Shown: positions 1 through 9,106 of the stretch, piece by piece
Layout of the letters: each line of letters begins with the position of its first letter
How positions within the stretch are numbered: position 1 is the first letter of the stretch
IMG/VR virus record: IMGVR_UViG_3300032231_000014
Location: 1-32,162 of that record
Length of the DNA: 32,162 bases
Reading direction: 5' to 3' (one strand)
Origin: a virus
Taxonomy: Duplodnaviria; Caudoviricetes
The notes under the pieces: generated by a model
The model's database searches: none
What the model saw: the letters and a program-made list of their open reading frames with translations, nothing else
What the model was told of the DNA's origin: nothing
Program-made: the position numbers and the translations under genes

Positions 1-1
1 C

Positions 2-337
2 TACCGAGGGGATGACGAGAGAGCCCGTGTCCCAGCCAATGAGCACAGGCGCGATGGTGACATAGTAGTAGTCGATGTTGTTCTGGGCATTGCCGTCTCG
101 GTCGCCGAGCGAGTCAGTGACCTGTCCTTCCATCTCGATGGTATACACACCCGAGCGCACATTGCTGGCATCGAACGTCACCACGGGCGGGTCACCGGCC
201 ACGCTGGCCACGATGCCAGAGCTGCCAATCCCTCGAATCGTTATGTCCCACGTGTACGGCGGAGTGCCGTTCACCGCATCGAAGGTGAACTCAGCGGGAA
301 GCGTCTGGCCTTTGGATATGCTGTCTGTTTGTGGCAT
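2..337 (-). CDS. Ig-like virion protein, N-terminal part (runs off the window)
   Basis: Not in the ORF track; translated by hand as MPQTDSISKGQTLPAEFTFDAVNGTPPYTWDITIRG...; the ATG overlaps the upstream TGA; GTPPYTW is typical of Ig-like repeats; open to the window edge. Confidence 0.7.
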   Translation of the reverse strand, partial: MPQTDSISKGQTLPAEFTFDAVNGTPPYTWDITIRGIGSSGIVASVAGDPPVVTFDASNVRSGVYTIEMEGQVTDSLGDRDGNAQNNIDYYYVTIAPVLIGWDTGSLVIPSV

Positions 338-942
338 CAGGGGCTGCCGGGATCAGATGTCCACGAGCCATCAAGCAATGCTGCTCCTGAGCCCGCGACG
401 CCAAGGTAAACCTGATTCCCGACCGATGCCGTTCCTGCTCCCCATGGGAGGACTGAGGGGACGGTGAATTGCGGCGACACTGGGTTGTCGTTCGCTATGA
501 GGCTGATGAACCAGCCGCCTCCGTCCAACTCCACGTACAGGCAGTCAAAGTTCGCATAGTTCACCGCCGTCTCTACGGCGATGGATAGCTCCCCCGTGGT
601 CGGGGGGACTGCAACTGTCGTGTTTTCGGAATAGCGAAGATCCAGCGGAGAGGCCGGGCAACCAGCAATGACCTGCTGCTCCCACTCCTCAATCGTCTGA
701 TACTCGCCAGTCGGGATCGACAATTCTGGAGAAGGTCTCCAGAGCGCCACGGCATCATCTGCAGGAACTGGGATCTCCTGAGGATGTCGCGGCTCATACC
801 AATCTGGATGCACAAGCAACCCGGGGATCTGACCATCTTCGACCAGATCCCGATACCGCATTTTCTGGCCGGAGCGCATACATTCCGCTATGGCATTCTT
901 GCCCTGTGCGTAGCGCCTCCGCCTGTGCCTCGTAGTGGTCAC
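337..942 (-). CDS. Putative virion protein
   Basis: Coupled to both neighbours; N-terminal YAxGKxAIAECxRSG...GLLVxPDxYEPRHPQ block resembles proteins that follow the adaptor in this type of head module. Confidence 0.7.
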   Translation of the reverse strand: MTTTRHRRRRYAQGKNAIAECMRSGQKMRYRDLVEDGQIPGLLVHPDWYEPRHPQEIPVPADDAVALWRPSPELSIPTGEYQTIEEWEQQVIAGCPASPLDLRYSENTTVAVPPTTGELSIAVETAVNYANFDCLYVELDGGGWFISLIANDNPVSPQFTVPSVLPWGAGTASVGNQVYLGVAGSGAALLDGSWTSDPGSP

Positions 943-1652
943 CGTGCGCGCCTACCTCGTCTGAATCGGTATGAAGCTGCCGGCACTATCGTCACGTCCG
1001 CTCTCACCCGCTGTGAGCCGTTGGCATTGTCGAACGCATCATTGGCCCGAGCGATCAGTCGCGGAAGGATAGGCTCTGGAGCGAACTTCTCACCGAGGAA
1101 TGCAGCCAGCCCAGAGGCGAAAGCCTCGCGCATGTAGTACGGGATGTCTGGCTCGTTGGAAGCAAAGCCAGCATCCTGATGCTTGCGCATCACATCCATG
1201 GTCAGCGTATCGGTACTGTTCTCAGGCACCGGCCAGAGGCTGATGACCACGGAGCTGTCGTTGCGCTTGTCAGCGAAATACCGACTCGGGCGACCTTGGG
1301 TATCCTTCTCAGGAATCTCCAGCCACTCGTCTCGGGCCATCGGGTACAGCGTGGTCTCAACGCCTGCGCGCTTGAGCATCATGCCGTTGATGTCGATGAT
1401 CCGGCCATCGGTGTCAGGATCGACCGTGTACTCCTGCGTCCCCTGCACGAGGGCGAAGTCGTTCACCCGGTCTATCCGGTAATCTTGGTTATCCTTGGTC
1501 GCCCAGTACGTCAGCATGAGGTTCATGCTGCGACGCGCACTGATCAGGTGAGACGCAGCAAGCGATGCAGGATCAACCTTGCATCGCTCGAATGCCTCGT
1601 CCACCATCTCAGCGAGATCAGGTGACCAGAGGTAGGTCCCACTGGAGGGCAT
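939..1652 (-). CDS. Putative head-tail adaptor / head completion protein
   Basis: 237 aa; position after MCP; helical N-terminus (LAEMVDEAFERC...ARRSMNLML), LVQGTQEY and GRPSRYF...LWPVP motifs typical of adaptor proteins. Confidence 0.65.
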   Translation of the reverse strand: MPSSGTYLWSPDLAEMVDEAFERCKVDPASLAASHLISARRSMNLMLTYWATKDNQDYRIDRVNDFALVQGTQEYTVDPDTDGRIIDINGMMLKRAGVETTLYPMARDEWLEIPEKDTQGRPSRYFADKRNDSSVVISLWPVPENSTDTLTMDVMRKHQDAGFASNEPDIPYYMREAFASGLAAFLGEKFAPEPILPRLIARANDAFDNANGSQRVRADVTIVPAASYRFRRGRRAR

Positions 1653-1653
1653 G

Positions 1654-2004
1654 TTAGACCTCCTGCGAGATGACTACTCGGGCTGTACCTGTCCCTGTTC
1701 CTGTCAGCCTCAGCGCGTTTGCCTGCAGAGATGTCCCTACCACAGGGGTAGTGATCACGTTCGCCTGCAGCACCGTCCACGTGGCGCTCGCTGGCGCTAC
1801 ATAGTTGGGCTGTCGGTTTACATCATGTGATCCAGCCGGGTTCGCGCCCTGAACATTGTCCAGAGACCAGTCTACCGCTACGCCCGTGAGGCCGCCGGCA
1901 GTCGCCTGAATCGTAATATCTCCGCGATCATACGGAAGCGGCACATAGACCACCTCCGTATTCGTGATCTCAACGACGATGGGGCGGGAAGCTCGATGTC
2001 CCAT
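1654..2004 (-). CDS. Hypothetical beta-rich virion protein
   Basis: 116 aa ORF with upstream GGGGG SD-like run; in the structural operon. Confidence 0.65.
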   Translation of the reverse strand: MGHRASRPIVVEITNTEVVYVPLPYDRGDITIQATAGGLTGVAVDWSLDNVQGANPAGSHDVNRQPNYVAPASATWTVLQANVITTPVVGTSLQANALRLTGTGTGTARVVISQEV

Positions 2005-2015
2005 GGGTTACCCCC

Positions 2016-2462
2016 TTAGTCGTTGATTACGCCATCGTCCACCATGATGTACGACACGAGAGCCGTGACCGTGCCACCAGTGGCAGCCGAGGCACCCACG
2101 CCAGCTTCGATCTCAGTGTCCGCCGTCAAAGCAGCACCAAGCTCAGCGCCGGTCTGCACCTCGGCAGCCGCAGCCGCATCAGCAGGCAGCTCGTTGGCGA
2201 GACCACCAGCAGCACCACCAGCCAGCGACAGATCGACAGTCGGCGAGATGCCGCCCGTGCCCCCACCGAGACCTGTGACGCCGAGAGGGACCGCGCCCTT
2301 GGGCAGCACCTTGCCGGTGCCGGCCAGCACCTGAGTCGGATCGAAAGTGACGGCGACGAACGCCTTGAATACTGCAGGAGTCGGACCAGTAGCCCGGCTC
2401 GTCGAAGAGTTGGTGCCAGCGCGCTGTCGCACGTAGCCACCAAAAGTAGAACGCTTACCCAT
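2016..2462 (-). CDS. Putative capsid decoration / minor virion protein
   Basis: 148 aa, Gly/Ala/Thr-rich, immediately after MCP; GGAG SD. Confidence 0.6.
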   Translation of the reverse strand: MGKRSTFGGYVRQRAGTNSSTSRATGPTPAVFKAFVAVTFDPTQVLAGTGKVLPKGAVPLGVTGLGGGTGGISPTVDLSLAGGAAGGLANELPADAAAAAEVQTGAELGAALTADTEIEAGVGASAATGGTVTALVSYIMVDDGVIND

Positions 2463-2501
2463 TTGTCTGTCTCCAGTCCCCGTCAGGGGTCGTCAGGGTA
2501 C

Positions 2502-2523
2502 GAGGGGCAGAAGCCCACCCCTC
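2502..2523 (-). terminator. GC-rich hairpin after the MCP gene (attenuator or stabiliser; no U-tract)
   Basis: Minus strand GAGGGGUGG-GCUU-CUGCCCCUC forms a 9-bp stem 20 nt after the MCP stop. Confidence 0.45.
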
Positions 2524-2543
2524 AATTACTCAGCCGGTTTCGA

Positions 2544-3455
2544 TTAGCTCGCGCCGCTCGAACCGAATGCACCACGGTAGTCGGACCAGCCGAAGCTGTA
2601 CCGCTCACGCGCCTTGTAGCGCATGTTGCCCGTCTCGAAGTCGCCCTCTACACCACGCTGGATGTTCTTCCGCACAAAGTGCTTCAGACCGTCCATTGCA
2701 TCGGTGATCAGGAACCACGCATTCGGGTCCGTCAGGCGATGATTCTCGAAGGATCCACCGGGGACCTTGCCCTTCGACTTGAGCGCGTTCACGTCGTTGT
2801 CAGCAGTGCCGGGGCGATACTGACTGGCCATGATACGCTCTGAGACGAAGCCCAGATCAGACGGAGTGATCAGCCGCAGAGGCGTGGCAGCAATGTTGAT
2901 GCCTCGCTCATCGACCCACTTGGAGATCTGGATGCAAGCCTCTTCGAGAGAGGTCTCGCTCAGGTCCGCCTGAGTGGTGAACGTATTGGACTGAGTACCA
3001 CCACCCCACAGAGGGTGAGCAGTGGAGAACAGCGGCACGTTGTCACCGCCCGGGAAGGCAGCGTTGAAACCGTTGTTCAGGATGGCAGCGCCTTTGACTT
3101 CCTTGGTGTGAACCATGGAACGAGCCAGCGCCTTGCTGTACTTCGATCCAAGGGAACCGTAAAGGTTGTCTTCTTCCGCTTCTTCCGTGAGCGCGAATGC
3201 CAGAGCAATCGTCTCGTGGTTGTAGCGGGAGACGTATGCCTCACCACCGGAGTCGTAGGTGACCGGAGCGCCCTCAGGCTTGACCGGAGCACCCGCCAGA
3301 CCGGCGAGCAGTACGTCTTCTTCGTACGCTTTCTCTGAAGACTCGACCTCGAAGATCGGCTTCCATTCCTGAGCGTAGCGCTTGTACTCCATCCCGAAGA
3401 CGGTGTTGAGCCCCTCTTGGAGCTGGCGACGGAAAGTCGCGCGATTCATAACCAT
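2544..3455 (-). CDS. Major capsid protein (HK97 fold, Mu gpT-like family)
   Basis: 303 aa from ATG 3455 with AGGGGAG SD; motifs LQEGLNTVFGMEY, KPEGAPVTYD, KALARSMVHTKE, LFSTAHP, DFETGNMRYKARERYSFGWSD; position after the scaffold. Confidence 0.9.
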   Translation of the reverse strand: MVMNRATFRRQLQEGLNTVFGMEYKRYAQEWKPIFEVESSEKAYEEDVLLAGLAGAPVKPEGAPVTYDSGGEAYVSRYNHETIALAFALTEEAEEDNLYGSLGSKYSKALARSMVHTKEVKGAAILNNGFNAAFPGGDNVPLFSTAHPLWGGGTQSNTFTTQADLSETSLEEACIQISKWVDERGINIAATPLRLITPSDLGFVSERIMASQYRPGTADNDVNALKSKGKVPGGSFENHRLTDPNAWFLITDAMDGLKHFVRKNIQRGVEGDFETGNMRYKARERYSFGWSDYRGAFGSSGAS

Positions 3456-3469
3456 GTTTGCGGCTCCCC

Positions 3470-4060
3470 TTAGATCGCCGTCGCTATGCCGGGCGTTGCT
3501 TTCTCGTGCGAGACGATAGTGCAACGAACCTTGGCAAACGCGCCGTATTCGGATGGGTTGATTCCGCCAATTCCCTCGAACAGGCCAGTCACACGCACCT
3601 GAGGTGCGGTAGTGGCAGCTTGGTCGATGAAGGCTGCAGAGCGGCCTGTCACGGGATTACCGGAGTTGGTGGTGGCGTCGATCTCGTAGACCTCACCAAC
3701 ATTGGCCGCAGCCAGCGTGGTGATCTGGGCAACAAATTCGAGCTGCGGGTCGTCGTAGACCCAGCACTTTACGATCTTGTTGGCGTCAGCGAGAGCTATA
3801 CCCGGCCAGTACTGAGAGAAGACCTGATCACCGGAATCGTTGACGTACTCGCAGCCTGCGAACACACCAAGAACCCGAGCCAGAGTGCCGTCAGGCACCT
3901 TCTCCACATTCCGGCCAGTGCCGGTGGAACGAACCAGATCACCAGAGAACAGGCCGGTCGCGTAATCGTACGCGACTTCGTAGCCTTGCATCCGGGCAGG
4001 TGTTCCGCCAGCCGTGTTGATATTCGGGCGGAACCCGAACGGAGCATCAACGTTAGGCAT
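3470..4060 (-). CDS. Putative capsid-associated (cement/decoration) protein
   Basis: 196 aa; MPNVDAPFGFRP N-terminus and GVFAGCEY...VYDDP motifs typical of the gene directly upstream of MCP in this module. Confidence 0.65.
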   Translation of the reverse strand: MPNVDAPFGFRPNINTAGGTPARMQGYEVAYDYATGLFSGDLVRSTGTGRNVEKVPDGTLARVLGVFAGCEYVNDSGDQVFSQYWPGIALADANKIVKCWVYDDPQLEFVAQITTLAAANVGEVYEIDATTNSGNPVTGRSAAFIDQAATTAPQVRVTGLFEGIGGINPSEYGAFAKVRCTIVSHEKATPGIATAI

Positions 4061-4074
4061 TGGAAGTTACCTCG

Positions 4075-4683
4075 TCAGAAGTCGTCGTCGGCAGCCGGTT
4101 GCGCTCTACGTCCTTGGACGCGAGGAGGCGGGTAGCTGACCGTTGACTTGTGGGTTTTCATGATCGGCTGACCCGGCACCTCGACGTTCTCCAGATCTGT
4201 CTCCACAGCAACCATCTGCTGATCAGTCTGGGACTGATAGTAGTCGGCGCGCTGCTGGTACATCTCCTTCGGCATCTCACAGAGCATGAGGTCATCCACT
4301 ACAAAGTGACCGTCGGCTTGATCAGCACGAATTCCGAGCCCGAGGAACTCCCCTGGGATCGTGTCCATGGCACGGGGTGACCACCCCTCCCTGAACTTCA
4401 TGTTGACGTTGCGTGGGTCTTCCACACCTCTTACCGTCACTCGAATCCAGCGTTGCACGAAACCATCCCGCGCGGGCGGGGCAGTCAACGAACTCGGCCT
4501 GATCCAAGGAGCAGGTTGCGATTGGTGGGTGGCACGTTCCTCCGACAGCTCGTCCACACGGCTGTCGTGCTCACGAGATTGCTTCCGCGTCTCACGAGTT
4601 TCTTCTGAGTTGGCTCCGGCGCTTTCTGCGCGGGAAGTGTCCTCTGCCGTCTGATCGTCAGAGGGGATTCTTGTGTTAGCCAT
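4075..4683 (-). CDS. Conserved head-module protein
   Basis: 202 aa; WxxPSSLxAPPARDGFVQRWIR...N...REGW...DLMLCEMP motif; coupled to the scaffold stop. Confidence 0.7.
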   Translation of the reverse strand: MANTRIPSDDQTAEDTSRAESAGANSEETRETRKQSREHDSRVDELSEERATHQSQPAPWIRPSSLTAPPARDGFVQRWIRVTVRGVEDPRNVNMKFREGWSPRAMDTIPGEFLGLGIRADQADGHFVVDDLMLCEMPKEMYQQRADYYQSQTDQQMVAVETDLENVEVPGQPIMKTHKSTVSYPPPRVQGRRAQPAADDDF

Positions 4684-5759
4684 TAGCTGTCCTCCATTTC
4701 AACTTGGCGCTTGTTCAGCGCATATTCCCGGACCTGCTTGGGGTCCTTTGGGTTGAGCCCGAACCGACGCATGTTCTCAAAGTCGGTCTGATTCAGCTCT
4801 ACCTTGGAGGAGTTTCTGTTCCGGTTCTGATTGCTGTCCCGGCTGGCATCGTCGGCGCTGGCGACTGTGCTTCTGGACCGCTTGTCCTTGCGATCCGCAC
4901 CGCCGTCGCGCCGCCTGCCATCGCGTCGTCCTGACGCTCGACGTTCTTTCATTCCGTCGGGGTCGGGGTTCCCGTCCTCGTCGAAAAGCTCAGGCACCTG
5001 CTCCATCAGGCGTGAGTTCAGTTCGTCATAGTACTCATCGTCTTGCGGATCAAAACCGTCCGCGTGAACGTCCTTGTCAATGTCTCGCGCAATGCGAGTG
5101 AGTCGAGCGTACCCACGCTGGCCATACCAGTCGCTATGAGAATCGACCCAATCGTCTGCCAGATCGTTTCTCGTTGGACTACGTGATTGCATCTGAGTCT
5201 GATCGTCATCGTCATCGTCGTCATCCACATAGCGCGCAGCCAACTTCTCAGCGGAGAGGTCACTCAATTGGCGGGTCAGGCGAACCTGCCTCTTGGTGTC
5301 ACCGTCCTCGAATGCCTGTTCGAGTTCGCTTTCAGTCGTTGAGATGCGCTGGTCGATGTCGTCATCGCCAGAAGCTCTATTGGCCTGCTTTTTCTGCCTG
5401 CGCAGTTCATTCTGAAGGCGAGCATTCTCGGCTTCTGCCTGCTCAGCTCGCTGGCGCTCTCGGCGCTTAGCTCGCTGTTCGCGTTTGAGGCGGGCGTCAA
5501 ACTTCTTGGAAAATCCGTCATCACCCCGATCCGCGTCGTCTTCATCGTCGCTGCCCCTGCTCCGGGTGGAGGATGGGTCATCGTCGAAGTCGTCATCGTC
5601 GCCCGTCGCCGTGCCATCCGAAGATGAGGTACGAGTGATTCCGTCGTCGTCGCCGCTTGAATCGAGATCAACCTCCATCGTCAGGTCAGCATCATCTGTT
5701 ACCCCGTGAAGGTCCTCGAAGACTATGTCGTCTTCCTGTGCGTTGGTATGCCGTGGCAT
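4683..5759 (-). CDS. Putative capsid scaffolding protein
   Basis: 358 aa, very acidic N-terminus, coiled-coil middle, C-terminal helical motif (LNQTDFENMRRFGL...EYA); position between portal and MCP. Confidence 0.7.
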   Translation of the reverse strand: MPRHTNAQEDDIVFEDLHGVTDDADLTMEVDLDSSGDDDGITRTSSSDGTATGDDDDFDDDPSSTRSRGSDDEDDADRGDDGFSKKFDARLKREQRAKRRERQRAEQAEAENARLQNELRRQKKQANRASGDDDIDQRISTTESELEQAFEDGDTKRQVRLTRQLSDLSAEKLAARYVDDDDDDDDQTQMQSRSPTRNDLADDWVDSHSDWYGQRGYARLTRIARDIDKDVHADGFDPQDDEYYDELNSRLMEQVPELFDEDGNPDPDGMKERRASGRRDGRRRDGGADRKDKRSRSTVASADDASRDSNQNRNRNSSKVELNQTDFENMRRFGLNPKDPKQVREYALNKRQVEMEDS

Positions 5760-5776
5760 AAGTCCCTGTACTCCCG

Positions 5777-5830
5777 GCCAGCAGTCATTGCTGGCTCATC
5801 CGATTATATGCGTTACCACTTTGTGTGCAA
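5777..5830 (-). promoter_or_regulatory. Sigma70-like promoter for the scaffold-capsid genes plus leader hairpin
   Basis: Minus strand TTGCAC (5830-5825), 16 nt spacer, TATAAT (5808-5803); inverted repeat GCCAGCA-N5-TGCTGGC at 5777-5795. Confidence 0.6.
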
Positions 5831-5839
5831 GCTGGTCTC

Positions 5840-6217
5840 TTAGACCAGTTTCTTGCGGTACATCTCCGGGTCAGCGACACCGGCCAGAATGTGATCGTCG
5901 TTCATCAACTGAAACGTACGACCATCGGCCAGCTCGATGCGCTGTGAGCCATATGTCGGATAGAGCACCCAGTCCCCAACGGCAAAGCGGGAGTCATCGA
6001 ACTTCTCCCCCTCGAACGCCTTGGGACCAACCGCGACGACCTGACCCACCTGATTCACAAACTCCTGATCACGCTGCACTTTTTCAGTGAACACGATCCC
6101 CACTTCCGATTCTTCCTTCGGTTGAAGCGGCCTGATCAGCACCCGCCAGAGGGTTGGTGCCGGTAGCTCGGCCCTGATCTCCTCGACCGGGGGCTTGAAC
6201 TTGGTCTCTCCGCTCAT
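5840..6217 (-). CDS. GroES/Cpn10-like co-chaperonin
   Basis: PxPTLWRVLIRP...GIV...GQVVAVGPKAF...VGDWVLY..YGSQ...LMNDDHILA matches the GroES pattern. Confidence 0.88.
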   Translation of the reverse strand: MSGETKFKPPVEEIRAELPAPTLWRVLIRPLQPKEESEVGIVFTEKVQRDQEFVNQVGQVVAVGPKAFEGEKFDDSRFAVGDWVLYPTYGSQRIELADGRTFQLMNDDHILAGVADPEMYRKKLV

Positions 6218-6507
6218 CGCCTGCCTCCCTTCTGTCGCTTGGCCGGGGCCTTTGCCCTTGGTGGTAACGGCTCGTCGGGATCGGGCATCTCGGGCAGTCC
6301 AGCGCCGTCCGGGTCATCTGCCATGTCCCGCTGCTGCATGAGCTGATAGGCGATATCTGCCGCCTGACCCAGCCCCTTCGCGATGCCGACTTGGTGTTTG
6401 TATTCTTCGTGATCGGCGAGAGTTCCGTTCAGCATTTTGTTGGCGATTTCGCCTTGTTGCCGAGCGATAACGCTACGCAGATCCTTCACGAATGCGTGGA
6501 TTGTCAT
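6214..6507 (-). CDS. Hypothetical protein
   Basis: 97 aa; GxLxDxEEYKxxVGxxxGL motif; ATGA overlap with the GroES-like gene. Confidence 0.7.
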   Translation of the reverse strand: MTIHAFVKDLRSVIARQQGEIANKMLNGTLADHEEYKHQVGIAKGLGQAADIAYQLMQQRDMADDPDGAGLPEMPDPDEPLPPRAKAPAKRQKGGRR

Positions 6508-6661
6508 CTCTTACTCCTGCTAAGAAATCGAGCAGTGCTCTATAGTTCATACCCGTCTCTTGAGAGGAGCGGGCGAATGTGCGTGGGGATACCCCCTTGA
6601 TTCCCCGCTTGCGCAGGAATTCTCGGGCGGCTCGAACCTCAGCCGGTTTTGGTGTCGCCAC
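6473..6661 (-). CDS. Small basic hypothetical protein
   Basis: 62 aa; GTG start overlaps the portal stop; fills the gap in the operon. Confidence 0.55.
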   Translation of the reverse strand: MATPKPAEVRAAREFLRKRGIKGVSPRTFARSSQETGMNYRALLDFLAGVRDDNPRIREGSA

Positions 6662-9099
6662 TATTTGGACCCTCCTTTGTCCCGGTTCAGGCGAGCTTCC
6701 CTCGCCTTCTGCCGCATGGATCTCTCGTGCTCGATCTCTTTCCGCTCATCTTCGGTCAGCGCCATGGCCAACTTCCGATCAGCTTCTCGATCTGCCTCTT
6801 GATCCTTGCGGTCCTGATCAGCGTCAAACTCAGCTTGCTCGTGAGCCATCTTCTGATCATGTGCTTCCTGAGCCTGACGCAGCTTCTGCTGGTGCTCATC
6901 TTCCTGCTGCTGGTTGGGCGGCTCTGACGGCGGCATGAACTGCTCCGTCTGCATCTGAGCGGCCACCTGCGAGAGGATCTGTTCTACCTCGACAGGCAGC
7001 TCCTCTTCCTGCTCGTTCTCGTCCATGAACGTCGGGGGCGGCAACTGAACGCCCATCATCTCGGCCTGCATGGCCATGCTCATGTAGTACTTCAGCGCGT
7101 AGTGCTCAGCAAGGTGCGCTCTCATCGCCGGCTCAACTATCGCCAGCGCGTCATCGTTCAGGTTCTGCAGAAAGTCCATGTGAACCTGAATGTGTGAGTC
7201 GTGGTCCTGCTCGGCAAACGCCTTCGCGCCCGAGCCAACCATCATTCCCACGTTCTCACTGATCGGGTCGCGGCGCATAGTAGCACCTTTGCCCGACAGT
7301 ATTTCCTCGAAGTCCGGCACCTTGATGGCTTTCAAGAAGCGCTCAATGGCCTTGCGGAGGTTGAACTCAGAAGGGAACCGCTCTGCCAGCTCCATCATCG
7401 CCTGAGCCTGTGCGATGCGCTGGGTCGAGCTGAAGATGTTGGGATCGGAAACCGGGATGACATCGACCCTGCCATCGTAGTCGGACTTCATGACCAGCAT
7501 GTCCTGACCTTCGATCTCGTACGGGTACTCTTCGTCGAGAAACTCGAAGTTCAGCTCAGCGCGCAGAGAGAACTCCTCAGCCTGCGCAGTGTGAAGGCGA
7601 CGATGCACCCCAGAGAATACCTTGGACCCTTGCTCGATAAGTGCAATTGTTGTGCCTACTGGTCCGGTATTGGGGGCATCGCCGACCATCTCTTCGGTGA
7701 TCGAGGCAAACCTGCGCCCCGCATCAACGAGTGTCTGGAATAGCTGTGACAGAGCCGTGGACGGCTCCTTGAACGGCGGAGTGTAGAACGCACGGTTCAG
7801 CTCCTCTGCCGTCATCTTCACCTGCTTATAAACGCCCGGCTCAATGTGGTAGTCACCACCCTCGATCTTGGCCTCGTCACTCATGAAGCCGCCCTGCATG
7901 TTGGCAAAGGCAGCAGAGTCAAGCAGCGCGCGGATGGTGCCAGTGGCGCTCTCCGCTACAGAGCCAATCAGGTGCAGCAGACCGAACCCGTAGAAGCCGA
8001 GCCCGGGCAGGTACTTGTAGTGCGTGAACCAGAGCCGCTTCTCGAACAGATCCTCGTCAGACTCCCGCCAGTTCCGACGAACGCTAAGCAGGGTCTGGTC
8101 GGTCTTGTTGACGGTAACGATATACGGGAGGGGCCGACCCACCCGCTCGCCGTCGGAGTCCAGATACTTCGCTTGATCATCTTCGATCTCAAGGTCGATG
8201 TGGCACTCAAGAATCTCGTAGATGAAGTCCTTGTCATGGAGGTTTTCACTCCGGTCGTCCGCCTCGTCTGCGATCTCACGCGAGTCCTGACTGTCCTCTG
8301 TGTCCATGCCATACGGCTGGGACAGATCCAGCTCCTGATAGAATCCGTTGGCCATCAGGCGCTTCAGGTCGCCGTCTGTGCGCCACAGCCGGTGCGTTAT
8401 GCGTGGGCTCGTGCGCAGGTCGGTCGCGATGTAGGGGACGATGAGATCGTTGGGGAACACCAGCCTGGAGACGACCATGTCACTGATCGGATCGTAGTAG
8501 GTCTTCTTGAAAGCAGACCCGGCCACGGGGAGCCAGAACAGCATCTGGTCCGTATGCCAGAAGTACGCCCGGTCCTGATCGAGCATCTGGAAGTTCATGT
8601 GCGCCTTGACGCGCTCAGCCTGCTCCTCCTTCTCGACCGAACGCTTGCCGATCACCTTGGTCTTGCAGGGACCTTCGGACGGGAACACCTCTTCGATGGC
8701 GCGCGCCTGAAACTGCACACACGCCTCACCGATCAGTGGGTAGCTCACTGAGCTGGCACCCTCGAACGGAACGTCATCGCCCGGCCGATTGCGCAGACCC
8801 AGCAGCTCCATCGCTTGGTCAACCCGGGTCTGCCAGTCAGCTCTCGACTTCAGATCAGCATCAACCCGGTCGATTATGTCATTGACCAGCTCGGCCTGAT
8901 CGCCAGTGGACATGTCCAAGGCGAGGTTGCGAACGTGATCGTCGCTGTCCTCGTTCGAGGTCCGGGTCATGCCCGGGTTGAAATCCACCGTAGCCCTGTT
9001 GCCACGGATCTGTACTCGGGCACCATCAACGTTCTCATCGACTGGCTGGGGTGCGCCCATCGCCATCTCTGGAACTCTTGCTTCATACGGCTCAGCCAT
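6661..9099 (-). CDS. Portal protein
   Basis: 812 aa directly after TerL; YPLIGEACVQFQARA, GSAFKKTYYD, YLPGLGFYGFGL, PVGTTIALIEQG motifs; coiled-coil C-terminus. Confidence 0.9.
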   Translation of the reverse strand: MAEPYEARVPEMAMGAPQPVDENVDGARVQIRGNRATVDFNPGMTRTSNEDSDDHVRNLALDMSTGDQAELVNDIIDRVDADLKSRADWQTRVDQAMELLGLRNRPGDDVPFEGASSVSYPLIGEACVQFQARAIEEVFPSEGPCKTKVIGKRSVEKEEQAERVKAHMNFQMLDQDRAYFWHTDQMLFWLPVAGSAFKKTYYDPISDMVVSRLVFPNDLIVPYIATDLRTSPRITHRLWRTDGDLKRLMANGFYQELDLSQPYGMDTEDSQDSREIADEADDRSENLHDKDFIYEILECHIDLEIEDDQAKYLDSDGERVGRPLPYIVTVNKTDQTLLSVRRNWRESDEDLFEKRLWFTHYKYLPGLGFYGFGLLHLIGSVAESATGTIRALLDSAAFANMQGGFMSDEAKIEGGDYHIEPGVYKQVKMTAEELNRAFYTPPFKEPSTALSQLFQTLVDAGRRFASITEEMVGDAPNTGPVGTTIALIEQGSKVFSGVHRRLHTAQAEEFSLRAELNFEFLDEEYPYEIEGQDMLVMKSDYDGRVDVIPVSDPNIFSSTQRIAQAQAMMELAERFPSEFNLRKAIERFLKAIKVPDFEEILSGKGATMRRDPISENVGMMVGSGAKAFAEQDHDSHIQVHMDFLQNLNDDALAIVEPAMRAHLAEHYALKYYMSMAMQAEMMGVQLPPPTFMDENEQEEELPVEVEQILSQVAAQMQTEQFMPPSEPPNQQQEDEHQQKLRQAQEAHDQKMAHEQAEFDADQDRKDQEADREADRKLAMALTEDERKEIEHERSMRQKAREARLNRDKGGSK

Positions 9100-9106
9100 A
9101 ACTCAC

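Noticed and set aside
5195-5660. TCG/TCA trinucleotide repeats
   Set aside because: They simply encode poly-Asp tracts of the scaffold protein
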